This document shows, piece by piece, positions 9,756 to 20,649 of a stretch of DNA of 64,000 bases. The number at the start of each line of letters is the position of its first letter. Within the stretch, counting starts at the first letter, position 1. Origin of the DNA: an uncultured Clostridia bacterium (lineage in GTDB: Bacteria; Bacillota; Clostridia; Christensenellales; CAG-138); NCBI GenBank assembly GCA_937915455.1, contig CALDNN010000028.1, forward strand, positions 2,212 through 66,211, given 5' to 3'. The notes beneath the pieces are model-generated. The model had not been told where the DNA came from. It did not search any database and saw only the letters and a list, made by a program, of their open reading frames with translations. The position numbers and the translations under genes were made by a program.

Positions 9756-9785
9756 AAAAACCCGGCGCGTTTTGCGCCGGGTTTT
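9756..9785. terminator. Bidirectional terminator between convergent nadE and pfp
   Basis: The stem CCCGGCGC / GCGCCGGG is flanked by an A-run (9756-9760) and a T-run (9782-9785). A second A/T-flanked hairpin lies at 9723-9748. Confidence 0.8.
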
Positions 9786-9808
9786 ATGCTGCATTATCGG
9801 TGTAAACC

Positions 9809-11059
9809 CTATCGGGCTTGTACCTTCTTGAGCCGCGCAAAGCGGGGCAGGCCGTTCTCGGTGGGCCTCTCCGGCTGGCCCTGGATTAGGGGCAGGGCAT
9901 AGGCTTGGAAAGCGGGAAGCAGGCCGTTGCCCTCGGCGTTGATCCACTCGTCGGGGATTTTCTTTTCGGCGTTGGCTACGTCGGTCAGCTCCATCAGCTT
10001 GATGGAGCAGGTGTAGTTGCCGTTTTCATCCTGGCCGCGCTCGAAGCCCACCATCTTATCGGTGATGCCGCTGACGGCGCACTCCACGGCGGCCTTGCCG
10101 GCCGCGAAGGCTTCCTGCACATCCGTTTGTGAGGCGCAATGGGCCGCACAGCGCTGCAGCAGGGAAAACTCGATGGGCCGTACCTTGGGATAGCCCTCGG
10201 CCAGAAGCACACCGGCCAGGGTAGCGGCCAGGCCGCCCAGCTGTTTGTGGCCAAAGGCGTCTACAGCGGCGTTGGCGGAGCCATATTCGGCGATCAGCTT
10301 GCCGTCCTTATCATGGATGCCCTCGGAAACCGCCACGATGCACTTTCCGGAAGCGCTGTAGACCCGCTTGACGTCAGCCTTGAAGGCATCGAGGTCAAAA
10401 ACGCGCTCGGGCAGGTAGATGAGATCCGGCCCGCAGCCCATGGCCGTAGCCAGGGAGGAAGCGGCGGTGAGCCAGCCCGCGTGCCTGCCCATGATCTCCA
10501 CCACACAGAGCATGCCGGTGTCGTATACGCGTGCGTCCTGATAGATTTCCATGCAGGTGGTGGCCACATAGCGGGCGGCGGAGCCGTAACCCGGGCAATG
10601 ATCCGTGCCCCAAAGGTCGTTATCGATGGTTTTGGGCACGCCCATGATGCGGCACTCGTAGCCGACCTTCTGCATATATTTGGAGATCTTGTTACAGGTA
10701 TCCATGGAGTCGTTGCCGCCGTTATAGAAGAAATAGCGCACGTCATATTTTTTAAAGATTTCGAGGATGCGCTTGTAATCCGTATCATCCGCGTTGCTGT
10801 CTTTGAGCTTGTAGCGGCAGGAACCGAGGGCTGATGAGGGGGTGTTCAGCAGCAGCTCCAGCTCTTTGGCATCCTCTTGGCCCATGTCGTAGAGCACATC
10901 GTCCAGCACGCCGCGGATGCCGTGGGCGGCGCCGTAGACTTTGGTGATGTTGGGATCGTCCAGCGCGGTACGGATCACGCCATATGCGCTTGCGTTGATG
11001 ACGGACGTGGGGCCGCCGGACTGGCCGATGATGGCCGCGCCTTTGAGGGAAACAGACAT
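9809..11059 (-). CDS. pfp: Pyrophosphate-dependent 6-phosphofructokinase (PFK family, ~415 aa type)
   Basis: GQSGGPTSVIN, GGNDS (Asp at the position that is Gly in ATP-PFK GGDGS), PKTIDND and MGRHAGW. The ATG at 11059 has a GGAGG SD. Confidence 0.8.
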   Translation of the reverse strand: MSVSLKGAAIIGQSGGPTSVINASAYGVIRTALDDPNITKVYGAAHGIRGVLDDVLYDMGQEDAKELELLLNTPSSALGSCRYKLKDSNADDTDYKRILEIFKKYDVRYFFYNGGNDSMDTCNKISKYMQKVGYECRIMGVPKTIDNDLWGTDHCPGYGSAARYVATTCMEIYQDARVYDTGMLCVVEIMGRHAGWLTAASSLATAMGCGPDLIYLPERVFDLDAFKADVKRVYSASGKCIVAVSEGIHDKDGKLIAEYGSANAAVDAFGHKQLGGLAATLAGVLLAEGYPKVRPIEFSLLQRCAAHCASQTDVQEAFAAGKAAVECAVSGITDKMVGFERGQDENGNYTCSIKLMELTDVANAEKKIPDEWINAEGNGLLPAFQAYALPLIQGQPERPTENGLPRFARLKKVQAR

Positions 11060-11257
11060 AACGAAACCTCCTATATCAAACATAATAAACGCAAAACAAA
11101 CAAATTTATCATAGCATATTTTCTGTCGTTTGAACAGTAATGATACCATAAACCTGCTATAAATCTGCTTTTTTAGACAAATTGACGCCAGCCGGGCCTT
11201 CCAATGGCAGGCCGGGCGCGGTACAATGGAGAAAGCAAAGCGTATGAAGGAGGCCCC

Positions 11258-13216
11258 ATGGAACAGGATTTGCGATATCTACGGCTGTTGAGCCGGGAGT
11301 TCCCCACGGTGCAGAGCGTATGCGCCGAGATCATTAAGCTGGAAGCCTTCCGCGGCCTGCCCAAGGGCACGGAGCATTTTATGAGCGATATCCACGGCGA
11401 GCACGAGGCCTTTTTGCACATCCTGAATAACGCCTCGGGCGCCATCTGTGAAAAAATCGACGAGCTGTTCGAAAATTCTCTCACATTAGAAGACCGGCGC
11501 GCCCTGGCCGTGCTCATCTATTACCCCCGCGAGGCGCTGGAGAAGGCCAAGAAGGGCAATCCAGACCTACCGGACTGGTACCGCGTCACGCTCAACCGAT
11601 TGATCCAGATGGGCCGCTACTCCACGGCCAAGTATTCCCGCTCCAAGGTGCGCAAGTCCTTGCCGGAAGAGCTGGCCTACATCATGGAGGAGCTTCTCAA
11701 CACCCAGGATCTGCCCGATAAAGAGGCCTATTTCGACAGCATCGTCCGCTCCATCATACAAACTGGCAGCGCGGATCTGCTCATCGAGCAGCTATGCCTG
11801 TTCATCAAGCGCCTGGTGGTGGATACCCTGCACATCCTGGGGGATATCTTCGACCGGGGGCCGCATGCGGATATCATCCTCGACCATTTGATTAAGCACC
11901 ACAGCGTGGATCTGCAATGGGGTAACCACGACGTGCTCTGGATGGGCGCTGCGGCCGGCAGCGCGGCCTGTGTGGCCACGGCTGTGAAAAACTGCGTGCA
12001 GTACGATAATCTGGATATGCTGGAGGATGGCTACGGCATCAACCTGCTGCCGCTGGCGGTCTTCTCCACTGAGCAGTATGGCGACGCGGAGGTCTTCCGC
12101 CCACGCAAACTGCCGGATCAGCCCTTCGAGCCGCGCGATCTTTCCCTATATTCACGCATGCACAAGGCCATCAGCGTGATCCAATTCAAGCTGGAGAGCC
12201 AGCTTATCCGCCGTCGGCCTGAATACGGCATGACGGATCGGGATATGCTGGGCCGGGTTAATTGGGATACCCACACCATCGAGATCGACGGCCAAGCCTA
12301 CCCGCTGCGGGATACCCATTTCCCTACCATCGACCCGGCCGACCCTTCCAAGCTCACCATAGAGGAACAGGCCCTGATGGAGCAGCTCACGGCCAGCTTC
12401 CGCCAAAGCGAGCGGCTCCAAACCCACGCCCGTTTCCTTTACAGCTCCGGAACCCTCTACAGGCGGCATAATGGCAACCTGCTATTCCACGGCTGCATCC
12501 CCTGCACCGATAACGGCGATTACCGTACCTTCGAGCTATACGGCCGTCGGGTCAAGGGCCGAGCCTTTTTGGAGCTTGCGGAGCAGCTGGCCAGGCAGGG
12601 ATATTTCGCTACCGATGATGCGGAGCGCGAGCGGGGCGGGGATTTCCTCTGGTTCCTCTGGTGCGGCCGCCATTCGCCCATCTTTGGCCGGGATCATATC
12701 GCTACCTTCGAGCGGGCGCTGATCGCCGACGAAGGCACCTGGAAGGAGCTGAAAGACCCCTATTACCGCTTCTGCAACGAGGAAGCCTTCTGCCGGGGCA
12801 TATTGGAGGAATTCGATCTGCACAAGCCCTGGAGCCGCATCGTCAACGGCCACATGCCCGTACGCGTCAAAGAAGGGGAGGATCCGCGTAAGGCGGGCGG
12901 TCGACTGGTGGTGATCGACGGCGGCTTCTGCAAAGCCTACCAAAAGCAGACCGGCATCGCCGGTTACACCATGTTCTTCAGCTCCCGGGGCATGCGCATT
13001 GCTTCCCACGAGCCCTTCTCCGGCAAGGAAGACGCCATCAACCGGGGCACGGACATCACCTCTCACACCTTCATCGTGGAAAACCTGCCCGAGCGGTTGC
13101 TGATCGCGGATACGGACATCGGCGACGAATTCCTCGTCCGCATCGCAGACCTCAAGGCCCTGCTGGCAGCCTATCATTCCGGCCTGCTGCAAACGAAAAC
13201 CGTGGATAAACCATAG
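11258..13216 (+). CDS. fbp: Fructose-1,6-bisphosphatase class 3 (Firmicute type)
   Basis: About 650 aa, with N-terminus YLRLLSREFPTVQSV..LPKGTEHFMSDIHGEHEAF and GDIFDRGP, NHD. The SD GAAGGAGG precedes the ATG at 11258. Confidence 0.9.
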   Translation: MEQDLRYLRLLSREFPTVQSVCAEIIKLEAFRGLPKGTEHFMSDIHGEHEAFLHILNNASGAICEKIDELFENSLTLEDRRALAVLIYYPREALEKAKKGNPDLPDWYRVTLNRLIQMGRYSTAKYSRSKVRKSLPEELAYIMEELLNTQDLPDKEAYFDSIVRSIIQTGSADLLIEQLCLFIKRLVVDTLHILGDIFDRGPHADIILDHLIKHHSVDLQWGNHDVLWMGAAAGSAACVATAVKNCVQYDNLDMLEDGYGINLLPLAVFSTEQYGDAEVFRPRKLPDQPFEPRDLSLYSRMHKAISVIQFKLESQLIRRRPEYGMTDRDMLGRVNWDTHTIEIDGQAYPLRDTHFPTIDPADPSKLTIEEQALMEQLTASFRQSERLQTHARFLYSSGTLYRRHNGNLLFHGCIPCTDNGDYRTFELYGRRVKGRAFLELAEQLARQGYFATDDAERERGGDFLWFLWCGRHSPIFGRDHIATFERALIADEGTWKELKDPYYRFCNEEAFCRGILEEFDLHKPWSRIVNGHMPVRVKEGEDPRKAGGRLVVIDGGFCKAYQKQTGIAGYTMFFSSRGMRIASHEPFSGKEDAINRGTDITSHTFIVENLPERLLIADTDIGDEFLVRIADLKALLAAYHSGLLQTKTVDKP

Positions 13217-13228
13217 GCTTCGCGTATC

Positions 13229-13256
13229 AAAAAGGGACTGTCCGGCAGTCCCTTTT
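13229..13256. terminator. Bidirectional terminator between fbp and the NlpC/P60 gene
   Basis: AAAAA-GGGACTG-tccgg-CAGTCCC-TTTT. Confidence 0.8.
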
Positions 13257-13279
13257 GCTATATTAGTATAAATAGCCCC

Positions 13280-14008
13280 TTATGCCGCAGGCGAGGGCGA
13301 AGCGGCCGGGGCCGGTATCTCCCCGGCCTCTAAGGCATCGTACACCATGGGCCTGCGGGCATAGCGGAAGATATCCCCAGCGCCGGTGACGACCACGTTG
13401 TCAAACCCGGAAGCGCAATGGAGAAAGAGGGGCTTGCCCTTTTCGTTAAAGCCGATGCAGATGCCGATATGGTTGCCCTTATCCGTGGGGTATTTATTCT
13501 GGAACACCCAATCGCCCACACGCAGCTCTTTCCATTTGATGGGGGTGGATCTGTCCCACTGGTTCCAGGTGCCGTGGCCCACAGCCTCCTCCACCTCTGT
13601 GGGGGAAAGGCCCAGCTGAACGTAACACCAGGCCACGAAGCCGCTGCAATCCAAGCCATAAGGCTTGGTTTCGCCCGTGGACTGGCTGCCCGTCGAGGTG
13701 ACCTCTTTGGGCTGGCCCCAAGCTTCGTCCCAGCCGAGGGCGTCGCTCTTGCCGCCCCAGAAATAATGCACCTTGCCAAGGAGCGTCAGCCCGGCCTCCA
13801 CGGCGGCCTCACGCTGTGGCGTTTCCACCGGCGCTGACGCGCGCAGGGCGGAGATGGCGTCTTCTGAAAGCGGCTCGTAGGGCGGCTGGCGATTGATGTT
13901 GGCGAACAGGCAAAAAAGCCCTATAGCCAAGGCCAGCGGCACGAAAACGGCCGCAAGTAAACGTGCGGGGCGCAGGATGCGCTTCTTTTTGCGTTTTATT
14001 TCTGCCAT
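13280..14008 (-). CDS. NlpC/P60 (C40) family cell-wall peptidase, membrane anchored
   Basis: An N-terminal TM segment. The catalytic-Cys context is YGLDCSGFVAWCY, with GNHIGICIG later. Confidence 0.8.
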   Translation of the reverse strand: MAEIKRKKKRILRPARLLAAVFVPLALAIGLFCLFANINRQPPYEPLSEDAISALRASAPVETPQREAAVEAGLTLLGKVHYFWGGKSDALGWDEAWGQPKEVTSTGSQSTGETKPYGLDCSGFVAWCYVQLGLSPTEVEEAVGHGTWNQWDRSTPIKWKELRVGDWVFQNKYPTDKGNHIGICIGFNEKGKPLFLHCASGFDNVVVTGAGDIFRYARRPMVYDALEAGEIPAPAASPSPAA

Positions 14009-14066
14009 ATCCCAATGCTACAGGATATGACGAAAAAGGTCAAATGAACATTCTGAGACGATTGCT

Positions 14067-15101
14067 CTACGGCAGCCAGGGCAGGCGCAATCGCGCGTAT
14101 TCGTCTGCAGGATCCACTGCGTACTCCTCCGCCTGATGTTTCGGGTCGTCATAATAAACATAATCATCGAGCACAGGGGAGTAGCTGTAGACGCGCATTT
14201 CGCCAAGAACCTCGTCGATCTGTATGAAACGCATATAGCCGCTGCCGCCTTTCTTCCCTGTTGTCTGGTAATTGCCAATCAACTGGTATACGGTGCGCTC
14301 GGCTACGCCGTCTCCATCGTGGTCAAAGAAAGCGGGCCGGGCGGCGATGTTGTAGCGGTGGCCGCAGAGCACCAGGTATACATTGGGGCATTTCGCCACT
14401 ACTTGGTCATAGAAGCGCTGGCCATCGCTGGAAAGGCTCAGGTCTGTTTTAAAATAATCGTGCAGGCAGAGCACGCCCACCCGCTCCGGGAATCTATCGA
14501 AAACGGAGCGCACCCACTTGATGCAAGCCGCATCCGGCGCATAGCCCATATATACGAAGATGTACGCTGTATCCCCGGCCTCGAAAAGATCGAAATGGCC
14601 CCGGTTATCCTGATAACTTTCGCCGTAGCAGGACTTGAAGGAGAATTGGTTTTCGCCGAAATAGGCGCTGAAGTTTTGATAATCTGCCTTTTCGCGGCGC
14701 ACGTCATGGTTGCCCGCCAGCACGCCGCCGGGTATCCGCGTAAGGGAAGCCATGGCCCGCACGGCCACCAGCCATTGCTCCTCTTGATCGTAGCTGTTGA
14801 CCAAATCGCCGGTATGTACAAAATAACGCAGATCCATCCGCGCCGCTTCATCGCGTAAAAAGGCCGTCATTGCATAAAAGGTTTCCGGCCATTTGCTGCA
14901 GTAATATTGGGTATCGCTAAGCCAGGCGATGGTATAGACCCCCTCCTTCGCGGTAAGCGCATCCGGCTCGGGGGTGGGCATGGGCAGGGGTGTAGGCACG
15001 GGCGTAGCGCTCGGCATACGAATCTGTTCGATAGGCGGCTGGGCGCAGGCCGACAGGCCCAGCAATGCAATGAGGAGCAGAAGCGAGAGCAGCTTTTTCA
15101 T
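14067..15101 (-). CDS. Metallophosphoesterase family lipoprotein
   Basis: The lipobox signal is MKKLLSLLLLIALLGLSAC. SDTQ, GDLVN, GNHD and CGH are calcineurin-like phosphoesterase motifs. Confidence 0.75.
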   Translation of the reverse strand: MKKLLSLLLLIALLGLSACAQPPIEQIRMPSATPVPTPLPMPTPEPDALTAKEGVYTIAWLSDTQYYCSKWPETFYAMTAFLRDEAARMDLRYFVHTGDLVNSYDQEEQWLVAVRAMASLTRIPGGVLAGNHDVRREKADYQNFSAYFGENQFSFKSCYGESYQDNRGHFDLFEAGDTAYIFVYMGYAPDAACIKWVRSVFDRFPERVGVLCLHDYFKTDLSLSSDGQRFYDQVVAKCPNVYLVLCGHRYNIAARPAFFDHDGDGVAERTVYQLIGNYQTTGKKGGSGYMRFIQIDEVLGEMRVYSYSPVLDDYVYYDDPKHQAEEYAVDPADEYARLRLPWLP

Positions 15102-15245
15102 AGTCTTATGATAACACATAATTTTGCTCCATGAAACGGCGAAGAATGCCGAAACACGGCGGGTTTGACAACGGGCTCGCCGCGCGGTACAATGTCACAA
15201 GCAGCCGCCTCTTTTGGGGGCGACGGGCAGAAAACGAGGTTATGC

Positions 15246-15917
15246 ATGCAGCAAAGAGCATCGGGCAGGCTTCGCGGCGCCATGGTGGCTGCCGGCGAAG
15301 AACTGCATAAACGAGACGAGGCCTTCAAACGGGCCTCGAATTTAGATTTTCTCATGTGGCTGGCCGTGTTCGTGGCCTTGGCCCTGGCCATCCGCCTGTT
15401 TATTTTCGAGCCCGTGCAGGTGGTGGGGGATTCCATGTATCCCTCCCTTTTGGATGGGGAGCGGATGTTCGTGGAAAAGGTGAGCTATCTCATCGAGCCG
15501 CCTGAGCGAGGGGATGTTATCATCTGCCGCTATCCGGCTTACGCTGAAAACTGCGTTAAGCGGGTGATCGGCCTGCCTGGCGAAACGGTTTCCGTTTCCG
15601 GCGGCATCGTCTATGTGAACGGTGAGCCGCTCGAGGAAAGCGCCTATTGGCAGGGGGATAGCTTTGGCCGCGATATCCGGGTGGATATGGAGCCTGTGAC
15701 CGTGCCGGAAAAGAGCGTGTTCGTGATGGGCGATAACCGCAACTTCAGCACGGACAGCCGTGAAGCCTCCATAGGCCCCATCCCCTATGCCCAGGTTATC
15801 GGCAAGGTGCACAGCGTGATCTTCCCCCTAGGCGAGGTACGCAGCGTATACACGGGCGTTTCCCCCATGGCGGGCGTGCCCTATGAGCCGCCTGCGCTAT
15901 TCTACTGGGGGCAGTAA
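15246..15917 (+). CDS. lepB: Signal peptidase I
   Basis: GDSMYPSL (catalytic Ser box), VKRVIGLPGE and VMGDNRNFSTDSR. The start is uncertain: the ATG at 15246 has a GAGG SD, and the track ORF begins at 15165 with TTG. Confidence 0.85.
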   Translation: MQQRASGRLRGAMVAAGEELHKRDEAFKRASNLDFLMWLAVFVALALAIRLFIFEPVQVVGDSMYPSLLDGERMFVEKVSYLIEPPERGDVIICRYPAYAENCVKRVIGLPGETVSVSGGIVYVNGEPLEESAYWQGDSFGRDIRVDMEPVTVPEKSVFVMGDNRNFSTDSREASIGPIPYAQVIGKVHSVIFPLGEVRSVYTGVSPMAGVPYEPPALFYWGQ

Positions 15918-15933
15918 AGCTTTCGATGACCCG

Positions 15934-15962
15934 CGGCCCGGCGCACACGCGCCGGGCCGTTT
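15934..15962 (+). terminator. lepB terminator
   Basis: An 11-bp GC stem CGGCCCGGCGC / GCGCCGGGCCG with a 4-nt loop, then TTT. Confidence 0.7.
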
Positions 15963-16013
15963 GCGTATATAAAATTGCAGCGCGGCCCCTAAACCATGGG
16001 CCATGCGCAGCTC

Positions 16014-16042
16014 AAAAAAAGCGGCTCGCAAAGCCGCTTTTT
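16014..16042. terminator. Bidirectional hairpin downstream of hpt
   Basis: AAAAAAA-GCGGCT-cgcaa-AGCCGC-TTTTT. Confidence 0.75.
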
Positions 16043-16059
16043 ACATGGCGCTTTTTGGA

Positions 16060-16632
16060 TTAGCACTCAGTCTTATGCGCCGCCACCTCGGGCTTTTTCA
16101 CGCCCACATAGGGCAGGTTGCGGTAATAACCGTCGTAATCCAGGCCATAGCCCAGAACGAATTCGTTGGGGATCACGAAGCCTACATAGTCTGGAGTGAT
16201 CTCGCACTCACGGCGCTCGGGCTTATCCAACAGGCAGCAGATCTTAAGGGAGGCGGGTTCGCGGGCCCTCAAAAGGGTGGTGAGGTGGTTGAGGGTGAGA
16301 CCGCTATCCATAATATCCTCCACGATAAGCACGTGGCGGCCCGTGATGCTGGTATCCAAATCCTTGGCGATGCGCACGATGCCGCTGGTTTTGCGGGCAT
16401 TGTTGCCATAGCTGGAGATGGACATGAAGTCCATTTCCAAATGGCACGTCATGCTGCGGCTCAGATCGGAAAAGAAATGCACCGCGCCCTTGAGGATGCA
16501 GACCAGGATCACATCCTTGCCTTCATAATCCTCGGAAAGCCGGGCGCCTAGCTCCGCCACCCGCGCGGCGATCTGCTCCCGGCTTAGGAGCACGTGGTCG
16601 ATGTCTTTGTTCATGTCCGTTTTGGCTGCCAT
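16060..16632 (-). CDS. hpt: Hypoxanthine phosphoribosyltransferase
   Basis: The PRPP-binding loop [13 protein letters not shown], plus [10 protein letters not shown] and GYGLDY. Confidence 0.9.
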   Translation of the reverse strand: MAAKTDMNKDIDHVLLSREQIAARVAELGARLSEDYEGKDVILVCILKGAVHFFSDLSRSMTCHLEMDFMSISSYGNNARKTSGIVRIAKDLDTSITGRHVLIVEDIMDSGLTLNHLTTLLRAREPASLKICCLLDKPERRECEITPDYVGFVIPNEFVLGYGLDYDGYYRNLPYVGVKKPEVAAHKTEC

Positions 16633-16642
16633 GATATCCTCC

Positions 16643-18073
16643 CTAATCTAATTGGTTTGCTCGATATGTGACCCGCAGCATACGCCGCGTGGCTGCATCT
16701 ACCTTAACGCCCTCGGAAATGCCAAAGCCCGGTACGAACAGGGCGCATTCCCCGCAAAAGACGATGGGCATCTCCCGCTCGGCGCGGGGCACCTTGCGGT
16801 CGATAAAGAAAGCCTTAAGCTTTTTTTGCCCCGGCGCGCCCAGCAGGAAAAAGCGATCCCCGGGCCTACGGGGGCGCACCCAAACATCCTCGGGCAGCTT
16901 GTCCGCATCCATAATAGCGATGGAGGGATCCTTGATGAGCGGCCCCTCATACGCCTCGACGGTAAAAACGCCCAGGGGCGTTTTCGTTTCGCCTTCGTGG
17001 GCCAGCGGCAGGCGGAAAAAGGGCTGCTCCGGTCCTTCGCTGGCAGGGGTGAGGATGAGGTGCTCGTAGGCGATATCTGCGGCCACGCCGGGCAGATCCA
17101 GATGCGCGCCCGTACGGGCCTGCAGGAGCTGCGTCAGCAGGGCGATATGCCGCTTTTCCACATCCTTTTGCGCCCCGGCCGCCTCGCCGAAGGCCAGCCG
17201 CAGGGCGCGGCTGCGCAAGGCGGGGGGAAGGGCATGGAGCCGCGCGCGGTCATAACCGAGGCCTCTGCGGGCAGCGTCCAGCTCCTCCCGCGCGCGGGCC
17301 AAAAGATAATCCTCATCCAGGGTCAGCAGCTCGGCGGAACCGGCCAAAGCGGGGATGATCTCCGGGTTGATATTTTTTTCGATATAGGGCAAAAGCTCCA
17401 AGCGCAGGCGGTTGCGAACGCCGTTCTCAGCTAAGAGATTGGTCTCATCCAATCGCCAGGGCTGGTTCTGTGCGGCGAGATAGGCTTCGATATCCTCCCG
17501 CCGCGCAAGGAGCAGGGGGCGGATAATGGCGCCGCGCTGGGCGCGCATGCCACAAAGCCCGGCCAGGCCGCTGCCCCTAAAAAGGTGCAGCAGCATGCTC
17601 TCCGCCTGGTCGTCTAAATGATGGGCCAGGGCGACGCGTGAGGCGCCAAAGTGCAGCCGCGCTTCCTCCAAAAAAGCATAGCGCGCCTCCCGGCCCGCTT
17701 CCTCTAGGCCCTGTCCGGCCGCCTTGGCCAGGGCGGGCACATCCGCCTTTTTGGCATACAGGGGAATGCTTAGCCGCCGGCAAAGCGTTTCCACGAAGGC
17801 CATGTCTTCATCCGCAGAGGCGCCGCGTATACCGTGGTGTAAGTGGGCCGCATAAAGCGAAAAGCCCAGCTCGGGGGCAAGGCTATGCAGGCAAAGTACC
17901 AGCGCCACAGAATCCGCGCCGCCGCTCACCGCCGCCACCATGCCCTGGCCGGGTTCGATCAAGCGGTAAAGCCGGATGGCTTCCTCTACCGTTTTGCGGA
18001 TACCCACGCGCACATCCTCCAAAAAACCTGCTGTTTGTATAAAAGTGTACCCTTCAGTATACCCTTCTCCCAT
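16643..18073 (-). CDS. tilS: tRNA(Ile)-lysidine synthetase
   Basis: The PP-loop AVSGGADS, plus HLHHGIRG and the conserved tilS-hpt gene order. Confidence 0.9.
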   Translation of the reverse strand: MGEGYTEGYTFIQTAGFLEDVRVGIRKTVEEAIRLYRLIEPGQGMVAAVSGGADSVALVLCLHSLAPELGFSLYAAHLHHGIRGASADEDMAFVETLCRRLSIPLYAKKADVPALAKAAGQGLEEAGREARYAFLEEARLHFGASRVALAHHLDDQAESMLLHLFRGSGLAGLCGMRAQRGAIIRPLLLARREDIEAYLAAQNQPWRLDETNLLAENGVRNRLRLELLPYIEKNINPEIIPALAGSAELLTLDEDYLLARAREELDAARRGLGYDRARLHALPPALRSRALRLAFGEAAGAQKDVEKRHIALLTQLLQARTGAHLDLPGVAADIAYEHLILTPASEGPEQPFFRLPLAHEGETKTPLGVFTVEAYEGPLIKDPSIAIMDADKLPEDVWVRPRRPGDRFFLLGAPGQKKLKAFFIDRKVPRAEREMPIVFCGECALFVPGFGISEGVKVDAATRRMLRVTYRANQLD

Positions 18074-18142
18074 CCGTTTGACAAGGGCTCATGGATGGGG
18101 TACACTCGTTGTAGAAAAAAGCTGGAAGGAAGCATACCAGAT

Positions 18143-19231
18143 ATGAAGCTTGGCGTAGTAGGCTTACCCAATGTGGGCAAAAGCACCCTGTTTAACGCCA
18201 TCACCCAGGCCGGGGCGCAGGCCGCCAACTATCCGTTCTGTACCATCGAGCCCAATGTAGGCGTGGTTGCCGTGCCCGATGAGCGGCTTGACGTGCTGGC
18301 CAAAATGTATGATCCGGAAAAGATTACCCCCACAGCCATCGAATTTGTGGATATCGCGGGCCTCGTGCGGGGCGCGAGCCGGGGCGAGGGCCTGGGCAAC
18401 AAGTTCCTTTCCCATATCCGCGAGGTGGATGCTATCGTCCACGTGGTGCGCTGCTTTGAAGATGCGGATATTGTGCATGTGGACGGCTCCGTAAACCCGG
18501 CCCGCGATATGGAGACCATCAACCTGGAGCTGATCTTTGCCGATCTTGAAACCATCGAGCGCCGCATTGACCGCGCCATGAAAAACAGCAAGAGCGGTGA
18601 AAAGAAGTTCTTCCAGGAAGCGGATTTCCTCAAATCCATCAAAAAGCACCTGGAGAGCGGCAAGCCCGTACGCAGCATGGCCCTCTCCGAAGAGGAGCGT
18701 GCCGAAGCAAAGGAGCTGTTCCTGCTCACGGATAAGCCCGTGATCTACGTGGCCAACATCGCGGAAGATGAAATCGGCCGGAGTCTGCCCGCTGTGGAGC
18801 AGCTCTATACTGAAGCCGCGGCCGAAGGGGCCGGGGCCATCGCCATCTGTGCCCGCACGGAGGAGGAAATCGCCCAGCTTCCGCCAGAGGAAAAGGCCGA
18901 GTTTTTAGAAGCGCTGGGCATTGGCGAAAGCGGCCTCGACCGCCTCGTGAAGGCCTGTTACAGCCTTTTGGGCCTGATCAGCTACCTCACCGCCGGCCCC
19001 AAAGAAGTCCGCGCCTGGACGATCGAAAAGGGTACCAAGGCCCCCCAGGCAGCGGGCAAGATCCATACAGATTTTGAAAAGGGCTTCATTCGGGCTGAGA
19101 TCGTGCCCTACGCTACGCTGATTGAGCTGGGTTCCATGGCCGCCTGCAAGGAAAAGGGCCTCGTGCGAAGCGAGGGCAAGGAATACGTGATGCAGGATGG
19201 GGATGTGGTTTTGTTCCGGTTTAATGTTTAA
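18143..19231 (+). CDS. ychF: Redox-regulated ribosome-binding ATPase YchF
   Basis: [21 protein letters not shown], and the C-terminal TGS-like end [14 protein letters not shown]. Confidence 0.9.
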   Translation: MKLGVVGLPNVGKSTLFNAITQAGAQAANYPFCTIEPNVGVVAVPDERLDVLAKMYDPEKITPTAIEFVDIAGLVRGASRGEGLGNKFLSHIREVDAIVHVVRCFEDADIVHVDGSVNPARDMETINLELIFADLETIERRIDRAMKNSKSGEKKFFQEADFLKSIKKHLESGKPVRSMALSEEERAEAKELFLLTDKPVIYVANIAEDEIGRSLPAVEQLYTEAAAEGAGAIAICARTEEEIAQLPPEEKAEFLEALGIGESGLDRLVKACYSLLGLISYLTAGPKEVRAWTIEKGTKAPQAAGKIHTDFEKGFIRAEIVPYATLIELGSMAACKEKGLVRSEGKEYVMQDGDVVLFRFNV

Positions 19232-19266
19232 GCTCTCACACGCTGGATAATAAGCCAATAACGCTT

Positions 19267-19298
19267 GGGATTGCCCCTCTTGGGGGTAGTCCCTTTTT
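19267..19298 (+). terminator. ychF terminator
   Basis: GGGATTGCCCC-tctt-GGGGGTAGTCCC (with two G-U pairs), followed by TTTTT. Confidence 0.65.
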
Positions 19299-19399
19299 GC
19301 TTTTACCCCTACCTTACCCCTACCCGCTTTTTTCAGCTCAATACTTCACAGCGCCTTCGAGCTTCTGCATCTCATTTATCTTCAAATCCGCCAGCAGCC

Positions 19400-20563
19400 T
19401 CATTCAAACCAATGTCCAAGCAGCAACGATACTATAACCATGCAAGCCGAGGAGGCGACTAGTATGGCATAAGCATAGGAGGAGGCGAGGACATCAAAAA
19501 CGTACCCCAACGATAGGGAGCCGCAGGTGAAGCCGATGCCCCGGTTCACGACCAGTTTGAGGGTATGGGCAGAACAGCTCACCTTGAGGGAAAAGGTTTC
19601 GCTAATCATCTGGGTCGTGAGGGAGTAAATCTGCGCATAGGCGCTGCCGCCGATAAACTGAAAGAAGAAAGTAACTGCCAGGGGAATGCTACCCAGCAAA
19701 GCTAAGCTACCCATACGAAATACTTGTAGCGTAAAGGTGATGGCAATGATCTGATGTGGGCGTAGCCTGCAAATCAGGCGGGGCGCCATGAAGAAGCCAA
19801 TGCACTCCCCTACCATAGCTACACTCACAAACAGGCTGGTATAGTAGCTTTTCAAACCCGAACGCAGGATATGCAGCGCCAGAAACTGGGCGGCACCCAC
19901 CTCTGTAAAGCCCCAGATGGCCATAGTCAGATAAATAGGGAGAAAACGTCTGTGGCGCATGATCGCAAGATAATCCTGCCAGCACGCCTTATCAAGATGC
20001 ACGCTGTCCATCTCCTGGGGCAAGGTGAGGATGCCGAAAATACATAGCAGCACCGCCATCCAATAGCCGACAAATAGCGAGCCAAAGCCTAACGCTGGTA
20101 ATAGCACGCCGGAAAGGAGCACGCCGATGCCCGCCCCCACGGTGCCGCCCATACGATATTTGCCAAAGGTTTCCGGCCGTTCGCGCAGCCTATCCATCAG
20201 CAGCTTATCGGTTATGGCGTTTACCGGCGCATAGGATGCGCCGTATACCAGTACGGCCAGGGTAATCGTCCCATAGGACCCTGCAATGGACAAAAGAAAG
20301 GTGCCCGCAATCATGCCGCACAAGAGCAAAATAAGCATGCGGCTCAGCTTACCCAGCTTGTCACCCAGGGTGCCAACAGCCAGGGAGGACGCTATTACGG
20401 CTGCGGAAAACCAGCTGTTTATCTGGCCAAGCTGGGTGGCGGAGAGACCGCGCTGGGCATAGTACAGGCCCAGATAGGGTGACAACAGATTTTCGGCCAT
20501 CCAAAAAAACATATAGATGGCGAAGAATACATAGAGGCTGTTTCGCCTGGTGATTTTTCTCAT
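19400..20563 (-). CDS. MFS transporter
   Basis: About 12 predicted hydrophobic segments. The ATG at 20563 (MRKITRRNSLYVFF) was chosen over the longer track start. Confidence 0.7.
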   Translation of the reverse strand: MRKITRRNSLYVFFAIYMFFWMAENLLSPYLGLYYAQRGLSATQLGQINSWFSAAVIASSLAVGTLGDKLGKLSRMLILLLCGMIAGTFLLSIAGSYGTITLAVLVYGASYAPVNAITDKLLMDRLRERPETFGKYRMGGTVGAGIGVLLSGVLLPALGFGSLFVGYWMAVLLCIFGILTLPQEMDSVHLDKACWQDYLAIMRHRRFLPIYLTMAIWGFTEVGAAQFLALHILRSGLKSYYTSLFVSVAMVGECIGFFMAPRLICRLRPHQIIAITFTLQVFRMGSLALLGSIPLAVTFFFQFIGGSAYAQIYSLTTQMISETFSLKVSCSAHTLKLVVNRGIGFTCGSLSLGYVFDVLASSYAYAILVASSACMVIVSLLLGHWFE

Positions 20564-20649
20564 AGAATGCCTTGTTTCAAATAACAAGATAGTAGAGCCG
20601 CCGTAAGGAAAAGGCGCCACTTTAAGCGGCGCCTTGCATTAGCTTCAGA

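Noticed and set aside
19303-19324. The tandem 11-mer TTACCCCTACC x2 after the ychF terminator
   Set aside because: There are only two short copies in a terminator-proximal spacer. There is no further periodicity, so it is not a CRISPR or a satellite array.
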